Assembly (NCBI GenBank): GCA_964016885.1
Contig: OZ024740.1
Location: 60,140,001 to 60,204,000 of the forward strand
From: Eledone cirrhosa
Taxonomy: Eukaryota
Direction: 5' to 3'
Length of the DNA stretch: 64,000 nt
The translations under genes were made by a program, and so were the position numbers. Shown piece by piece: positions 1 to 15,600 of this stretch (positions within the stretch are counted from its first letter, which is position 1; the number at the start of each line of letters is the position of its first letter). Under the pieces are notes generated by a model. It had not been told where the DNA came from. It ran no database searches and was given only the letters and a program-made list of their open reading frames with translations.

Positions 1-1992
1 ATGGTATCTATAATATGTTTAGTGGTTTATAAAAGTGAAACCAACAAGTTTGAACAAAAAAATCCATTAAAATGGAATTTATGAAAAAAGTTTTTTATGA
101 AATTAAAACCTCCATCATCTTTCTGGAAAGAAACATTTTTCAGAACAATGCTGAAACTTAGAATAATATGAGAAAGTCGGAGTAAATAGTAGCAGCCGGC
201 TACCTATAATAAATGGGGGTTGTCAATGAGGCATACAGCTCAGTAATTGAATACTACCTTTTTATGGCTTTCACCTATAAAACAGAGTAAATCTATAATC
301 TTGCAGAAGTCTCGTTAAAAGTAGCAATTTTCAGTGAAAAGCTCGACTTTATTAACCTGATAGTGTGACTAAGAAATATTAGCAAATGAAGTAAGCAATA
401 TCTCGGTTACTAATTAATATCAAAATAACTACCCTTATATAAAGTTTAATAGTTTACCGTTTCATCTACATCTGGATTATCATTGCTATTACTGAATATC
501 GATTTATCGATCCCTTTCATGTTTTGTTTTTGTTTCGATATTTTCATAGCACTTGTGTTCGATCAAGCCCCTTGAAGTTTTTGGAAAATAGACTGCTGAA
601 AATGTTGAGTATGATGATAAACGAGATAATTATAAATTCTTTCTTTTTAAATGTCGGAAAGTAAAAGAAATCAAACAAATGCTATTCATGTCTGTTCATC
701 TTTTGATTTCTGAACAGAAATTTAGTAGAAAAGTTCTCTATTATATATTCTAAGTCCATCATTGTAACATTGTACTATAATTTGTGATGTTACTACTACT
801 TTTTTGATAGCTTTAGTAATATTTCCTTGTCTGTGTGAGGCACACTTAACAGAACTAGAGTAAATGTCTACTAACAAAGGAAATATAGCGGTTGATGTAG
901 TGATCGTTTTATCGGCATCATTAATGTTATCGACTGCTGCATTTTACTACAGTTCGTCGTTACTGAAGCATATTTTAGTACTTCTTTTACTTCTTTATTG
1001 ATATTTTTGTTGTAGCTTTACTAATCCAAAGTTTCTCTTTGCTTTTTTTTTTATTATAAAACTGAAACAATCGGAACGATTTCAGCAGAAGAAGAAAAAA
1101 TTTATATTATTTTCACCAGCCATTATATTTTTGTGGTCGAGAAACTACCCCCTGCTCTATCGTATTTATTACAAACTTGACAAAAGAGAGATTAATGTTC
1201 ACATGTGTCAATCAAGAAAATGCTGCCGCCCAATGTTATTGTTAGGCGAAGTAACTAAAATGAATCGAAGATTATGAGGGTTCAGCTTTGCTTGGCAAAT
1301 TTGCAATCCGCAGCCACTAAAAAAATGTCTGAATGTTATAAATTACAGCTTGTGTTTTAAGCGATTTTACTTTTTTTGTCTAGTTATATTTTCATTTCAG
1401 ATTATGAAAGAAATAATGTTATTTTAACAGGACCGGTGAAATAACTCCTGGAAAATAGATTATATACTGTTATGATTTAGGGAATAATTATGACATTTTA
1501 GATTTAATGGTCTTTGTTTAGGATTTAAGTGGTAAAAATAAAACTGAGATGTGTCAGCAGCGTGGCGTTTTCAAAACACTATATTTTGATTTTTTTAGAT
1601 ATGTACAAAGATAAAGAATGAGACTGGCGTTTTCATACCTTTCTGAATGGCGTTTGTCACATAGCTGAGGTCATACAAAAATTGAAAGCATATTGCGGTG
1701 TCGGTTTGCAGACAACAGCCTTTGTTCTACGGGGAGTGTAAGTGTATGGTTGCTTTGCAACTGACCCCTTGTTTAATCCCACAGCGTGCCACTTGGGCAA
1801 ATGTATCATACCATAGCCTCGGGTCCACCCAAAACTTGAGTGAAATTTTGTAGGCGGCAATTGTATAAAAACTCGCCAGAATAACTGTTCTTGTTTTGGG
1901 GTGGTAAACTTAATCCACTGCCCAGTTTAAGAGCACCACATGGCCCATGGCGTGATTGTGGATAAATTTGTAAGATAAATATGTAAGTAAAT

Positions 1993-2006
1993 GTGTGTGC
2001 GTGCGC

Positions 2007-2054
<48 letters not shown>

Positions 2055-2092
2055 GTCTGCGTGTCTGTGCGTCTGCGTGTCTGTGCGTCTGT
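1993..2092. repeat. (TG)n microsatellite with degenerate GTCTGC/GTCTGT extension
   Basis: Direct reading of the sequence. Confidence 0.95.
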
Positions 2093-2788
2093 GAATTTAC
2101 CCATGGGTTTGTCATATGTCTTCTCAGTGAGTGAAGAAAAAATTCTGCTGATTTAGCATTCATATTTATATTCAATTATCTTGCATGTATAATCTTGACT
2201 GTATATTAAATTACATTATTATACCTCTAACATCACCCCCTGTTAATACTATAACAAAACTATACTGTGAGATATATTAATATGTATTGCATTACCTAGA
2301 TACTAAACTCTCGCTGCACTAGTCGAGTAGCTGCAAAATAGATACCACGTTGGAACAAAGCTACTGCTATAAAGGATAGGATCTCTGTGTTCTTGAGAAT
2401 TAATTCGTATTTTCTACAATTATTCTAAGACAGCACGTATAGATCTGACAGCACACAAGCTGAATCGGGGCCAGTTAAGAGAAAACTTGATTTTTAAAAC
2501 TGTCAGTCTGACATATTCTCTACAAGTTATACCTCATGGAATATGGTTTAATATAATGTTCTTATATAAAATTGAATCATTTGGTACGTGGAACATTTGG
2601 TCATTTTCAGTTCTAATTTTGGAAGAACGGAGAATCAAAATATCATCCGTCTGTTATTCACAGTTTTTTTTTTCTCTTTTGCTTTATTAGGTTCCCTTAT
2701 CTATTCCAGCACACTTCCTTTTTAACGTTTCTTGTGCTTTTTTTATATCTCATCCTTTTTTTTGTATTCTTTTTTTTTTTCATTCTAG

Positions 2789-2914
2789 GCCAGCAGCTTA
2801 TTCCAAACATTTCATTCAACTGAAAGGCTCATCAATTCTCTGGAGATCATGTGTCTACAAAACAAAGAGAAAAAGAGAACAGATGACAGATTTATCTCAG
2901 CTGTTGTAAATGAG
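2789..2914 (+). other. Possible isolated 126-nt internal coding exon (ASSLFQTFHSTERLINSLEIMCLQNKEKKRTDDRFISAVVNE)
   Basis: Long T-tract plus CTAG acceptor at 2787-2788, an open phase-0 frame, and GAG|GTTTTA as a weak donor. The peptide is not recognised, and the minus strand also has a good acceptor near 2856. Confidence 0.25.
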
Positions 2915-3301
2915 GTTTTATTTCTTTTAGAATATTGCCTCTATATCATTTTAAGTGATTATATCAAATGAAATCCATCGACATTAAGTTAATATAAGGC
3001 TAGGCTTTCCGATGAAAACAAAAAACAAAAAAATCTCAAATATTTTGGTAATATGGAGATAATAGAATGCAGTATGATCAATTTAATACCATTGGCTGCA
3101 GGATATGAGTAAACTGTGCTTCATGAAACAGTTTGGAAACATAGCTTCCGGTCACCCTTTGGGTTTAGCCTACAGTGGAACATCCGATGAAAGTTATTAT
3201 TACTTTTGCAACACATGCCGCATTTTTAGCTTATCAAGTAATCGTTAGGGTGGAGACAGAGATAATGATGACTGGAGATCCTCAGAGACGTCATTCATAT
3301 T

Positions 3302-3600
3302 TGAGAGAGAAAGAGAGGGAGAGGTGGTGTTGGGAGATGGGAGGAGAGAGTGGCAGTGAGAGGGGAGAAAGAGGCAAAGGGGTGTTGTGACAAGGGATGA
3401 GAGAGTGAGTGGGTGAGAGAGAGGGGGTGAAAGAGAAGTGCTAGAAGGTGGAGGGGGAAAGAGTAAGAAAAAAAGAAAGAGGGAAAAGGAGAGAGGAATA
3501 GAGATAGAGAGAGGAAGAGAGGGAAAGAGAGAGGGAGAGAAGGAGACACGAAGACAGGTAAGAGAGAAGGAGATAGGGGAAAGATACAGCGAGACAGAGA
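3302..3600. repeat. GA-rich polypurine low-complexity tract
   Basis: Mostly A/G with (GA)n motifs; it abuts the satellite start. Confidence 0.85.
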
Positions 3601-6600
3601 TGTATTTGAACCCATGTCTGTGTATTTGTGACTGTGTCTGTGTATATATGATTGTGTATTTAAGACTGTGTCTGTGTATTTGTGACCTTGTCTGTGTATT
3701 TGTGACTGTGTCTGTGTATTTGTTACCGTGTCTGTGTATTTGTGACTGTGTCTGTGTATTTGTGACCATGTCTGTATTTGTGACTGTGTCTGTGTATTTG
3801 TGACTGTGTCTGTGTATTTGTGACTGTGTCTGTGTATTTATGACTGTGTCTGTGTATTTGTGGCCGTGTCTGTGTATTTGCGACTGTGTCTGTGTATTTG
3901 AAACTGTGTCTGTCTTTTTGTGACTGCGTCTGTGTATTTATGACTGTGTCTGTGTATTTGTGGCCGTGTCTGTGTATTTGCGACTGTGTCTGTGTATTTG
4001 TCACCGTGTCTGTGTATTGGTGACTGAATCTGTGTATTTGTGACCATGTCTGTGTATTTGTGACCATGTCTGTGTATTTATGACTGAGTCTGTGTATTTG
4101 TGACCGTGTCTGTGTATTTATGACTGTGTCTGTGTATTTGTGACCATGTCTGTGTATTGGTGACAATGTCTGTGTATTTGTGACTGTGTCTGTGTATTTG
4201 TGACCATGTCTGTGTATTTGTGACTGTGTCTGTGTATTTGTGACTGTGTATGTGTATTTGTGACTGTGTCTGTGTATTTGTGACTGTGTATGTGTATTTA
4301 TGACTGTGTCTGTGTATTTGTGACCATGTCTGTGTATTGGTGACAATGTCTGTGTATTTGTGACTGTGTCTGTGTATTTGTGACCATGTCTGTGTATTTG
4401 TGACTGTGTCTGTGTATTTGTGACTGTGTATGTGTATTTGTGACTGTGTCTGTGTATTTGTCACCGTGTCTGTGTATTGGTGACTGTATCTGTGTATTTG
4501 TGACTGTGTCTGTGTATTTGTGACCGTGTCTGTGTATTTTTGACTGTGTCTGTGTATTTGTGACTGTGTCTGTGTATTTGTGACTGTGTCTGTGTATTTG
4601 TGACTGTGTCTGTGTATTTGTGATTGTGTCTGTGTATTTGTGACCATGTCTGTTAAGTTATGACTGTGTCTGTGTATTTGAGACTGTGTCTGTGTATTTG
4701 TGACTGTGTCTGTGTATTTATGACTGTGTCTGTGTATTTGTGACTGTCTCTGTGTATTTGTGACCATGTCTGTGTATTTGTGACTATGTTTGTGTATTTG
4801 TGACTGTGTCTGTCTATTTGTGACTGTGTCTGTGTAATTGTCACTGTGTCTGTGTATTTGTGACCATGCCTGTGTATTTGTGACAGTGTCTGTGTATTTG
4901 GACTGTGTCTGTGTATTTGTGACAGTGTCTGTGTATTGGTGACTGTATCTGTGTATCTGTGACTGTGTCTGTGTATTTGTGACCATGTCTGTGTATTTGT
5001 GACAATGTCTGTGTGTTTGTGACCATGTCTGTGTATTTGTGACTGTGTCTGTGTATTTGTGACAGTGTCTGTGTATTTGTGACGCTATCTGTGTACTTGT
5101 CACTGTGTATGTGTATTTGTGACTGTGTCTGTGTATTTGTGACAGTGTCTGTGTATTTGTGACCATGTCTGTGTATTTGTCACCGTGTCTGTGTATTTGT
5201 GACAGTGTCTGTGTATTTGTGACCGTGTCTGTGTATTTGTCACCGTGTCTGTGTATTTGTGTCCATGTCTGTGTATGTTTGACCGTGTCTGTGTATTTGT
5301 GACTGTGTATGTGTATTTGTGACCGTGTCTGTGTATTTGTGACAGTGTCTGTGTATTTGTGACCATGTCTGTGTATTTGTGACTGTGTATGTGTATTTGT
5401 GACCGTGTCTGTGTATTTGTGACAGTGTCTGTGTATTTGTGACTGTGTCTGTGTATTTGTGACTGTGTCTGTGTATTTGTGACCATGTCTGTGTATTTGT
5501 TACAGTGTCTGTGTATTTGTGACAGTGTCTGTGTATTTGTGACTGTGTCTGTGTATTTGTGACCGTGTCTGTGTATTTGTGACTGTGTCTGTGTATTTGT
5601 GACTGTGTCTGTGTATTTGTGACAGTGTCTCTGTATTTATGACTGTATCTGTGTATTTGTGACCATGTCTGTGTATTTATGACTATGTCTGTGTATTTGT
5701 GACCGTATCAATGTATTTATGACTGTGTCTGTGTATTTGTGACCGTGTCTGTGTATTTGTACTGTGTCTGTGTATTTGTGACTGTGTCTGTGTATTTATG
5801 ACTGTATCTGTGTGTATTTGTGACAATGTCTGTGTATTTATGACTGTGTCTGTGTATTTGTGACTGTGTCTGTGTACTTATGACTGTGTCTGTGTATTTG
5901 TGACCGTGTCTGTGTATTTGTGACTGTGCCTGTGTACTTGTCACCGTGTCTGTGTATTGGTGACTGGATCTGTGTATTTGTGACTGTGTCTGTGTATTTG
6001 TGACTGTGTCTGTGTATTTGTGACTGTGTCTGTGTATTTATGACTGTATCTGTGTATTTGTGACTGTGTCTGTGTATTTATGACTGTGTCTGTGTATTTG
6101 TGACAATGTTTGTGTATTTGTGACTGTGTCAGTGTATTTGTCACCGTGTCTGTGTATTGGTGACTGTATCTGTGTATTTGTGACTGTGTCTGTGTATTTC
6201 TGCCTGTGTCTGTGTATTTGTGACTGTATCTGTGTATTTGTGGACCATGTCTATGTATTTGTGACAGTGTCTGTGTATTTGTGACAGTGTCTGTGTATTT
6301 GTGACCATGTCTGTGTATATGTCACCGTGTCTATGTATTTGTGACCATGTCTATGTATTTGTGACTATGTCTGTGTATTTGTGACCGTGTATGTGTATTT
6401 GTGACCATGTCTGTGTATTTGTGACTGTGTGTGTGTATTTGTCACCGTGTCTGTGTATTTGTGACTGTGTCTGTGTATTTTTGACAGAGTCTGTGTATTT
6501 GTGACCATGTCTGTGTATTTGTGACGGTGTCTGTATATTTGTGACAGACTCTGTGTATTTGTGACTGTGTCTGTGTATTTGTGACGGTGTCTGTGTATTT

Positions 6601-9600
6601 GTGACAGAGTCTGTGTATTTGTGACTGTGTCTGTGTATTTGTGACAGTATCTGTGTATTTGTGACCATGTCTGTGTATTTGTGACTGGGTGTGTGTATTT
6701 GTCACCGTGTCTGTGTATTTGTGACAGTGTCTGTGTATTTTTGACAGAATCTGTGTATTTGTGACCATGTCTGTGTATTTGTGACGGTGTCTGTGTATTT
6801 GTGACAGAGTCTGTGTATTTGTGACTGTGTCTGTGTATTTGTGACAGTATCTGTGTATTTTTGACCATGTCTGTGTATTTGTGACTGTCTGTGTATTTGT
6901 CACTGTGTCTGTGTATTTGTGACCGTGTCTGATATTTGTGACCGTGCTTGTGTATTTGTGACGATGTCAGTGTATTTGTGACTGTGTCTGTGTATTTGTG
7001 ACTGTGTCTGTGTATTTGTAACCGTGTCTGTGTATTTTTGACTGTGTCTGAGTATTTGTGACTGTGTCTGTGTATTTGTGAGAGGGTCTGTGTATTTGTG
7101 ACCATGTCTGTGTATTTGTGATCGTGTCTGTGTATTTGTGACCATGTCTGTGTATTTGTGACTGTATCTGTGTATTTGTGACCGTGTCTGATATTTGTAA
7201 CCGTGTCTGTGTATTTGTGACCATGTCTGCGTATTTGTGACTGTGTCTGTGTATTTGTGACTGTGTCTGTGTATTTGTGACTGTGTCTGTTTATTTGTGA
7301 CTGTGTCTTTGTATTTGTGACACTGTCTGTGTATTTGTGACTGTGTCTGTGTATTTGTGACCGTGTCTGTGTATTTGTGACCGTGTCTGTGTATTTGTGA
7401 CTGTGTCTGTGTATTTGTGACTGTGTTTCTGAATTTGTGACCTTATCTGTGTATTTGTGACTGTGTCTGTGTATTTGTGACCGTGTCTGTGTAATTGTAA
7501 TCCTTTCTGTGTATTTGTGACCATGTCTGTGTATTTGTGACTGTGTTTCTGTATTTGTGACCCTATCTGTGTATTTGTGACTGTGTCTGTGTATTTGTGA
7601 GAGGGTCTGTGTATTTGTGACCATGTCTGTGTATTTGTGACCGTGTCTGTGTATTTGTGACCATGTCTGTGTATTTGTGACTGTATCTGTGTATTTGTGA
7701 CCGTGTCTGATATTTGTAACTGTGTCTTTGTATTTGTGACACTGTCTGTGTATTTGTGACTGTGTCTGTGTATTTGTGACTGTGTCTGTGTATTTGTGAC
7801 TGTGTCTGTATATTTGTGACCGTGTCTGTGTATTTGTGACAATGTATGCGTATTTGTGACTGTGTCTGCGTATATGTGACCGTGTCTGTGTATTTGTGAC
7901 CGTGTCTGTGTATTTGTGACTGTGTCTGTATATTTGTGACAGTGTCTGTGTATTTGTGACCATGTCTGTTTATTTGTGACTGTGTCTGTGTATTTGTGAC
8001 CATGTCTGTGTATTTGTGACAGTGTCTGTGTATTTGTGACTGTGTCTTTGTATTTGTGACTATGACTGTGTATTTGTGACTGTGTCTGTGTATTTGTGAC
8101 TGTGTCTGTGTATTTGTGACTGTATGTGTATTTGTGACCGTGTCTGTGTATTTGTGACCATGACTGTGTATTTGTGACTGTGTCTGTGTAATTGTGACCA
8201 TGTCTGTGTATTTCTGACAGTGTCTGTGTATTTGTGACTGCGTCTGTGTATTTGTGACTGTGTCTGAGTATTTGTGACTGTGTCTGTGTATTTGTAACCA
8301 TGTCTGTGTATTTGTGACCGTGTCTGTGTATTTGTGACTGTGTCTGTGTATTTGTAACCATGTCTGTGTATTTGTGACAGTGTCTGTGTATTTGTGACTG
8401 TGTCTTTGTATTTGTGACTATGTCTGTGGATTTGTGACCCTGTCTGTGTATTTGTGACTGTGTCTGTGTATTTGTGACCGTGTATGTGTATTTGTGACTG
8501 TGTATGTGTATTTGTGACCGTGTCAGTGTATTTGTGACCATTGACTGTGTATTTGTGACTGTGTCTGTGTATTTGTGACCATGTCTGTGTATTTGTGACA
8601 GTGTCTGTGTATTTGTAACGGTTTCTGTTTACTTGTGACCGTGTCTTTGTATTTGTGACCATGTCTGTGTATTTGTGACAGTGTCTGTGTATTTGTGACC
8701 ATGTCTGTGTTTTTGTGACTGTGTCTGTGTATTTGTGACGGTGTCTTTGTATTTGTGACAGTGTCTGTGTATTTGTGACTGTGTCTGTGTATTTGTGACC
8801 GTGTCTGTGTATTTGTGCCCGTGTCTGTGTATTTGTGACCATGTCTGTCTATTTGTGACTGTGTCTGTGTATTTGTGACTGTGTCTGTGTATTTGTTACC
8901 GTGTCTGTGTATTTGTGACTGTGTCTGTGTATTTGTGACCATGTCTGTATTTGTGACTGTGTCTGTGTATTTGTGACTGTGTCTGTGTATTTGTGACTGT
9001 GTCTGTGTATTTATGACTGTGTCTGTGTATTTGTGGCCGTGTCTGTGTATTTGCGACTGTGTCTGTGTATTTGAGACTGTGTCTGTCTTTTTGTGACTGC
9101 GTCTGTGTATTTATGACTGTGTCTGTGTATTTGTGGCCGTGTCTGTGTATTTGCGACTGTGTCTGTGTATTTGTCACCGTGTCTGTGTATTGGTGACTGA
9201 ATCTGTGTATTTGTGACCATGTCTGTGTATTTATGACTGAGTCTGTGTATTTGTGACCGTGTCTGTGTATTTATGACTGTGTCTGTGTATTTGTGACCAT
9301 GTCTGTGTATTGGTGACAATGTCTGTGTATTTGTGACTGTGTCTGTGTATTTGTGACCATGTCTGTGTATTTGTGACTGTGTCTGTGTATTTGTGACTGT
9401 GTATGTGTATTTGTGACTGTGTCTGTGTATTTGTCACCGTGTCTGTGTATTGGTGACTGTATCTGTGTATTTGTGACTGTGTCTGTGAATTTGTGACCGT
9501 GTCTGTGTATTTTTGACTGTGTCTGTGTATTTGTGACTGTGTCTGTGTATTTGTGACTGTGTCTGTGTAGGTGTGACCATGTCTGTGTATTTGTGACTGT

Positions 9601-12600
9601 GTCTGTGTATTTGTGATTGTGTCTGTGTATTTGTGACCATGTCTGTTAATTTATGACTGTGTCTGTGTATTTGAGACTGTGTCTGTGTATTTGTGACTGT
9701 GTCTGTGTATTTATGACTGTGTCTGTGTATTTGTGACTGTCTCTGTGTATTTGTGACCATGTCTGTGTATTTGTGACGTGTCTGTGTATTTGTGACCATG
9801 TTTGTGTATTTGTGACTGTGTCTGTCTATTTGTGACTGTGTCTGTGTAATTGTCACTGTGTCTGTGTATTTGTGACCATGCCTGTGTATTTGTGACAGTG
9901 TCTGTGTATTTGGACTGTGTCTGTGTATTTGTGACAGTGTCTGTGTATTGGTGACTGTATCTGTGTATCTGTGACTGTGTCTGTGTATTTGTGACCATGT
10001 CTGTGTATTTGTGACAGTGTCTGTGTGTTTGTGACCATGTCTGTGTATTTGTGACTGTGTATGTGTATTTGTGACGCTATCTGTGTACTTGTCACTGTGT
10101 ATGTGTATTTGTGACTGTGTCTGTGTATTTGTGACAGTGTCTGTGTATTTGTGACCATGTCTGTGTATTTGTCACCGTGTCTGTGTATTTGTGACAGTGT
10201 CTGTGTATTTGTGACTGTGTCTGTGTATTTGTCACCGTGTCTGTGTATTTGTGTCCATGTCTGTGTATTTTTGACCGTGTCTGTGTATTTGTGACTGTGT
10301 ATGTGTATTTGTGACCGTGTCTGTGTATTTGTGACAGTGTCTGTGTATTTGTGACTGTGTCTGTGTATTTGTGACTGTGTCTGTGTATTTGTGACTGTGT
10401 CTGTGTATTTGTGACTGTGTCTATGTATTTGTGACTGTGTCTGTGTATTTGTGACTGTGTCTGTGTATTTGTGACAGTGTCTCTGTATTTATGACTGTAT
10501 CTGTGTATTTGTGCCCGTGTCTGTGTATTTGTGACCATGTCTGTATTTGTGACTGTGTCTGTGTATTTGTGACTGTGTCTGTGTATTTGTGACTGTGTCT
10601 GTGTATTTATGACTGTGTCTGTGTATTTGTGGCCGTGTCTGTGTATTTGCGACTGTGTCTGTGTATTTGAGACTGTGTCTGTCTTTTTGTGACTGCGTCT
10701 GTGTATTTATGACTGTGTCTGTGTATTTGTGGCCGTGTCTGTGTATTTGTCACCGTGTCTGTGTATTGGTGACTGAATCTGTGTATTTGTGACCATGTCT
10801 GTGTATTTGTGACCATGTCTGTGTATTTAAGACTGAGTCTGTGTATTTGTGACTGTATCTGTGTATTTGTGCCCGTGTCTGTGTATTTGTGACCATGTCT
10901 GTCTATTTGTGACTGTGTCTGTGTATTTGTGACTGTGTCTGTGTATTTGTGACCGTGTCTGTGTATTTATGACTGTGTCTGTGTATTTGTGACCATGTCT
11001 GTGTATTGGTGACAATGTCTGTGTATTTGTGACTGTGTCTGTTTATTTGTGACCATGTCTGTGTATTTGTGACTGTGTCTGTGTATTTGTGACTGTGTAT
11101 GTGTATTTGTGACTGTGTCTGTGTATTTGTCACCGTGTCTGTGTATTGGTGACTGTATCTGTGTGTTTGTGACTGTGTCTGTGTATTTGTGACCGTGTCT
11201 GTGTATTTTTGACTGTGTCTGTGTATTTGTGACTGTGTCTGTGTATTTGTGACTGTGTCTGTGTAGTTGTGACCATGTCTGTGTATTTGTGACTGTGTCT
11301 GTGTATTTGTGATTGTGTCTGTGTATTTGTGACCATGTCTGTTAATTTATGACTGTGTCTGTGTATTTGAGACTGTGTCTGTGTATTTGTGACTGTGTCT
11401 GTGTATTTATGACTGTGTCTGTGTATTTGTGACTGTCTCTGTGTATTTGTGACCATGTCTGTGTATTTGTGACTGTGTATGTGTATTTGTGACTGTGTCT
11501 GTGTATTTGTGACGTGTCTGTGTATTTGTGACCATGTTTGTGTATTTGTGACTGTGTTTGTCTATTTGTGACTGTGTCTGTGTAATTGTCACTGTGTCTG
11601 TGTATTTGTGACCATGCCTGTGTATTTGTGACAGTGTCTGTGTTTTTGGACTGTGTCTGTGTATTTGTGACAGTGTCTGTGTATTGGTGACTGTATCTGT
11701 GTATCTGTGACTGTGTCTGTGTATTTGTGACCATGTCTGTGTATTTGTGACAGTGTCTGTGTGTTTGTGACCATGTCTGTGTATTTGTGACTGTGTATGT
11801 GTATTTGTGACTGTGTCTGTGTATTTGTGACAGTGTCTGTGTATTTGTGACGCTATCTGTGTACTTGTCACTGTGTATGTGTATTTGTGACTGTGTCTGT
11901 GTATTTGTGACAGTGTCTGTGTATTTGTGACCATGTCTGTGTATTTGTCACCGTGTCTGTGTATTTGTGACAGTGTCTGTGTATTTGTGACTGTGTTTGT
12001 GTATTTGTGACTGTGTCTGTGTATTTGTGACCGTGTCTGTGTATTTGTGACTGTGTCTGTGTATTTGTGACTGTGTCTGTGTATTTGTGACAGTGTCTCT
12101 GTATTTATGACTGTATCTGTGTATTTGTGACCATGTCTGTGTATTTATGACTATGTCTGTGTATTTGTGACCGTGTCAATGTATTTGTGACTGTGTCTGT
12201 GTATTTGTGACCGTGTCTGTGTATTTGTACTGTGTCTGTGTATTTGTGACTGTGTCTGTGTATTTATGACTGTATCTGTGTATTTGTGACCATGTCTGTG
12301 TATTTATGACTGTGTCTGTGTATTTGTGACTGTGTCTGTGTACTTATGACTGTGTCTGTGTATTTGTGACCGTGTCTGTGTATTTGTGACTGTGCCTGTG
12401 TACTTGTCACCGTGTCTGTGTATTGGTGACTGGATCTGTGTATTTGTGACTGTGTCTGTGTATTTGTGACTGTGTCTGTGTATTTGTGACTGTGTCTGTG
12501 TATTTATGACTGTATCTGTGTATTTGTGACCATGTCTGTGTATTTATGACTGTGTCTGTGTATTTGTGACTGTGTCTATGTATTTATGACTGTGTCTGTG

Positions 12601-15600
12601 TATTTGTGACCATGTTTGTGTATTTGTGACTGTGTCAGTGTATTTGTCACCGTGTCTGTGTATTGGTGACTGTATCTGTGTATTTGTGACTGTGTCTGTG
12701 TATTTCTGCCTGTGTCTGTGTATTTGTGACTGTATCTGTGTATTTGTGGACCATGTCTATGTATTTGTGACAGTGTCTGTGTATTTGTGACAGTGTCTGT
12801 GTATTTGTGACCATGTCTGTGTATATGTCACCGTGTCTGTGTATTTGTGACCATGTCTATATATTTGTGACTATGTCTGTGTATTTGTGACCGTGTATGT
12901 GTATTTGTGACCATGTCTGTGTATTTGTGACTGTGTGTGTGTATTTGTCACCGTGTCTGTGTATTTGTGACTGTGTCTGTGTATTTTTGACAGAGTCTGT
13001 GTATTTGTGACCATGTCTGTGTATTTGTGACGGTGTCTGTATATTTGTGACAGTCTCTGTGTATTTGTGACTGTGTCTGTGTATTTGTGACGGTGTCTGT
13101 GTATTTGTGACAGAGTCTGTGTATTTGTGACTGTGTCTGTGTATTTGTGACAGTATCTGTGTATTTGTGACCATGTCTGTGTATTTGTGACTGTGTGTGT
13201 GTATTTGTCACCGTGTCTGTGTATTTGTGACAGTGTCTGTGTATTTTTGACAGAATCTGTGTATTTGTGACCATGTCTGTGTATTTGTGACGGTGTCTGT
13301 GTATTTGTGACAGAGTCTGTGTATTTGTGACTGTGTCTGTGTATTTGTGACAGTATCTGTGTATTTTTGACCATGTCTGTGTATTTGTGACTGTCTGTGT
13401 ATTTGTCACTGTGTCTGTGTATTTGTGACCGTGTCTGATATTTGTGACCGTGCCTGTGTATTTGTGACGATGTCAGTGTATTTGTGACTGTGTCTGTGTA
13501 TTTGTGACTGTGTCTGTGTATTTGTAACCGTGTCTGTGTATTTTTGACTGTGTCTGAGTATTTGTGACTGTGTCTGTGTATTTGTGAGAGGGTCTGTGTA
13601 TTTGTGACCATGTCTGTGTATTTGTGACCGTGTCTGTGTATTTGTGACCATGTCTGTGTATTTGTGACTGTATCTGTGTATTTGTGACCGTGTCTGATAT
13701 TTGTAACCGTGTCTGTGTATTTGTGACCATGTCTGCGTATTTGTGACTGTGTCTGTGTATTTGTGACTGTGTCTGTGTATTTGTGACTGTGTCTGTGTAT
13801 TTGTGACTGTGTCTTTGTATTTGTGACACTGTCTGTGTATTTGTGACTGTGTCTGTGTATTTGTGACCGTGTCTGTGTATTTGTGACCGTGTCTGTGTAT
13901 TTGTGACTGTGTCTGTGTATTTGTGACTGTGTTTCTGAATTTGTGACCTTATCTGTGTATTTGTGACTGTGTCTGTGTATTTGTGACCGTGTCTGTGTAA
14001 TTGTAATCCTTTCTGTGTATTTGTGACCATGTCTGTGTATTTGTGACTGTGTTTCTGTATTTGTGACCCTATCTGTGTATTTCTGACTGTGCCTGTGTAT
14101 TTGTGATCATGTCTGTGTATTTGTGAGAGGATCTGTGTATTGGTGACCATATTTGTGTATTTGTGACCGTGTCTTTGTATTTGTGACCGTGTCTGTGTAT
14201 TTGTGACCATGTCTGTGTATTTGTGACTGTATCTGTGTATTTGTGACCGTGTCTGATATTTGTAACCGTGTCTGTGTATTTGTGACCATGTCTGCGTATT
14301 TGTGACTGTGTCTGTGTATTTGTGACTGTGTCTGTGTATTTGTGACTGTGTCTGTATATTTGTGACCGTGTCTGTGTATTTGTGACAATGTATGCGTATT
14401 TGTGACCGTGTCTGCGTATATGTAACCGTGTCTGTGTATTTGTGACCGTGTCTGTGTATTTGTGACTGTGTCTGTATATTTGTGACAGTGTCTGTGTATT
14501 TGTGACCATGTCTGTTTATTTGTGACTGTGTCTGTGTATTTGTGACCATGTCTGTGTATTTGTGACAGTGTCTGTGTATTTGTGACTGTGTCTTTGTATT
14601 TGTGACTATGACTGTGTATTTGTGACTGTGTCTGTGTATTTGTGACTGTGTCTGTGTATTTGTGACTGTATGTGTATTTGTGACCGTGTCTGTGTATTTG
14701 TGACCATGACTGTGTATTTGTGACTGTGTCTGTGTAATTGTGACCATGTCTGTGTATTTCTGACAGTGTCTGTGTATTTGTGACTGCGTCTGTGTATTTG
14801 TGACTGTGTCTGAGTATTTGTGACTGTGTCTGTGTATTTGTAACCATGTCTGTGTATTTGTGACCGTGTCTGTGTATTTGTGACTGTGTCTGTGTATTTG
14901 TAACCATGTCTGTGTATTTGTGACAGTGTCTGTGTATTTGTGAATGTGTCTTTGTATTTGTGACTATGTCTGTGGATTTGTGACCCTGTCTGTGTATTTG
15001 TGACTGTGTCTGTGTATTTGTGACCGTGTATGTGTATTTGTGACTGTGTATGTGTATTTGTGACCGTGTCAGTGTATTTGTGACCATTGACTGTGTATTT
15101 GTGACTGTGTCTGTGTATTTGTGACCATGTCTGTGTATTTGTGACAGTGTCTGTGTATTTGTGACCATGTCTGTGTTTTTGTGACTGTGTCTGTGTATTT
15201 GTGACGGTGTCTTTGTATTTGTGACAGTGTCTGTGTATTTGTGACTGTGTCTGTGTATTTGTGACCGTGTCTGTGTATTTGTGCCCGTGTCTGTGTATTT
15301 GTGACCATGTCTGTCTATTTGTGACTGTGACTGTTTATTTGTGACTGTGTCTGTGTATTTGTGACCATGTCTGTGTATTTGTGACCTAGTCTGTGTATTT
15401 GTGACTGTGTTTCTGTATTTGTGACCCTATCTGTGTATTTGTGACTGTGTCTGTGTATTTGTGACTGTGCCTGTGTATTTGTGACCATGTCTGTGTATTT
15501 GTAACTGTGCCTGTGTATTTGTGACCATGTCTGTGTATTTGTGACCGTATCTGTGTATTTGTGACTGTGTCTGTGTATTTGTGACTGTGTCTTTGTATTT

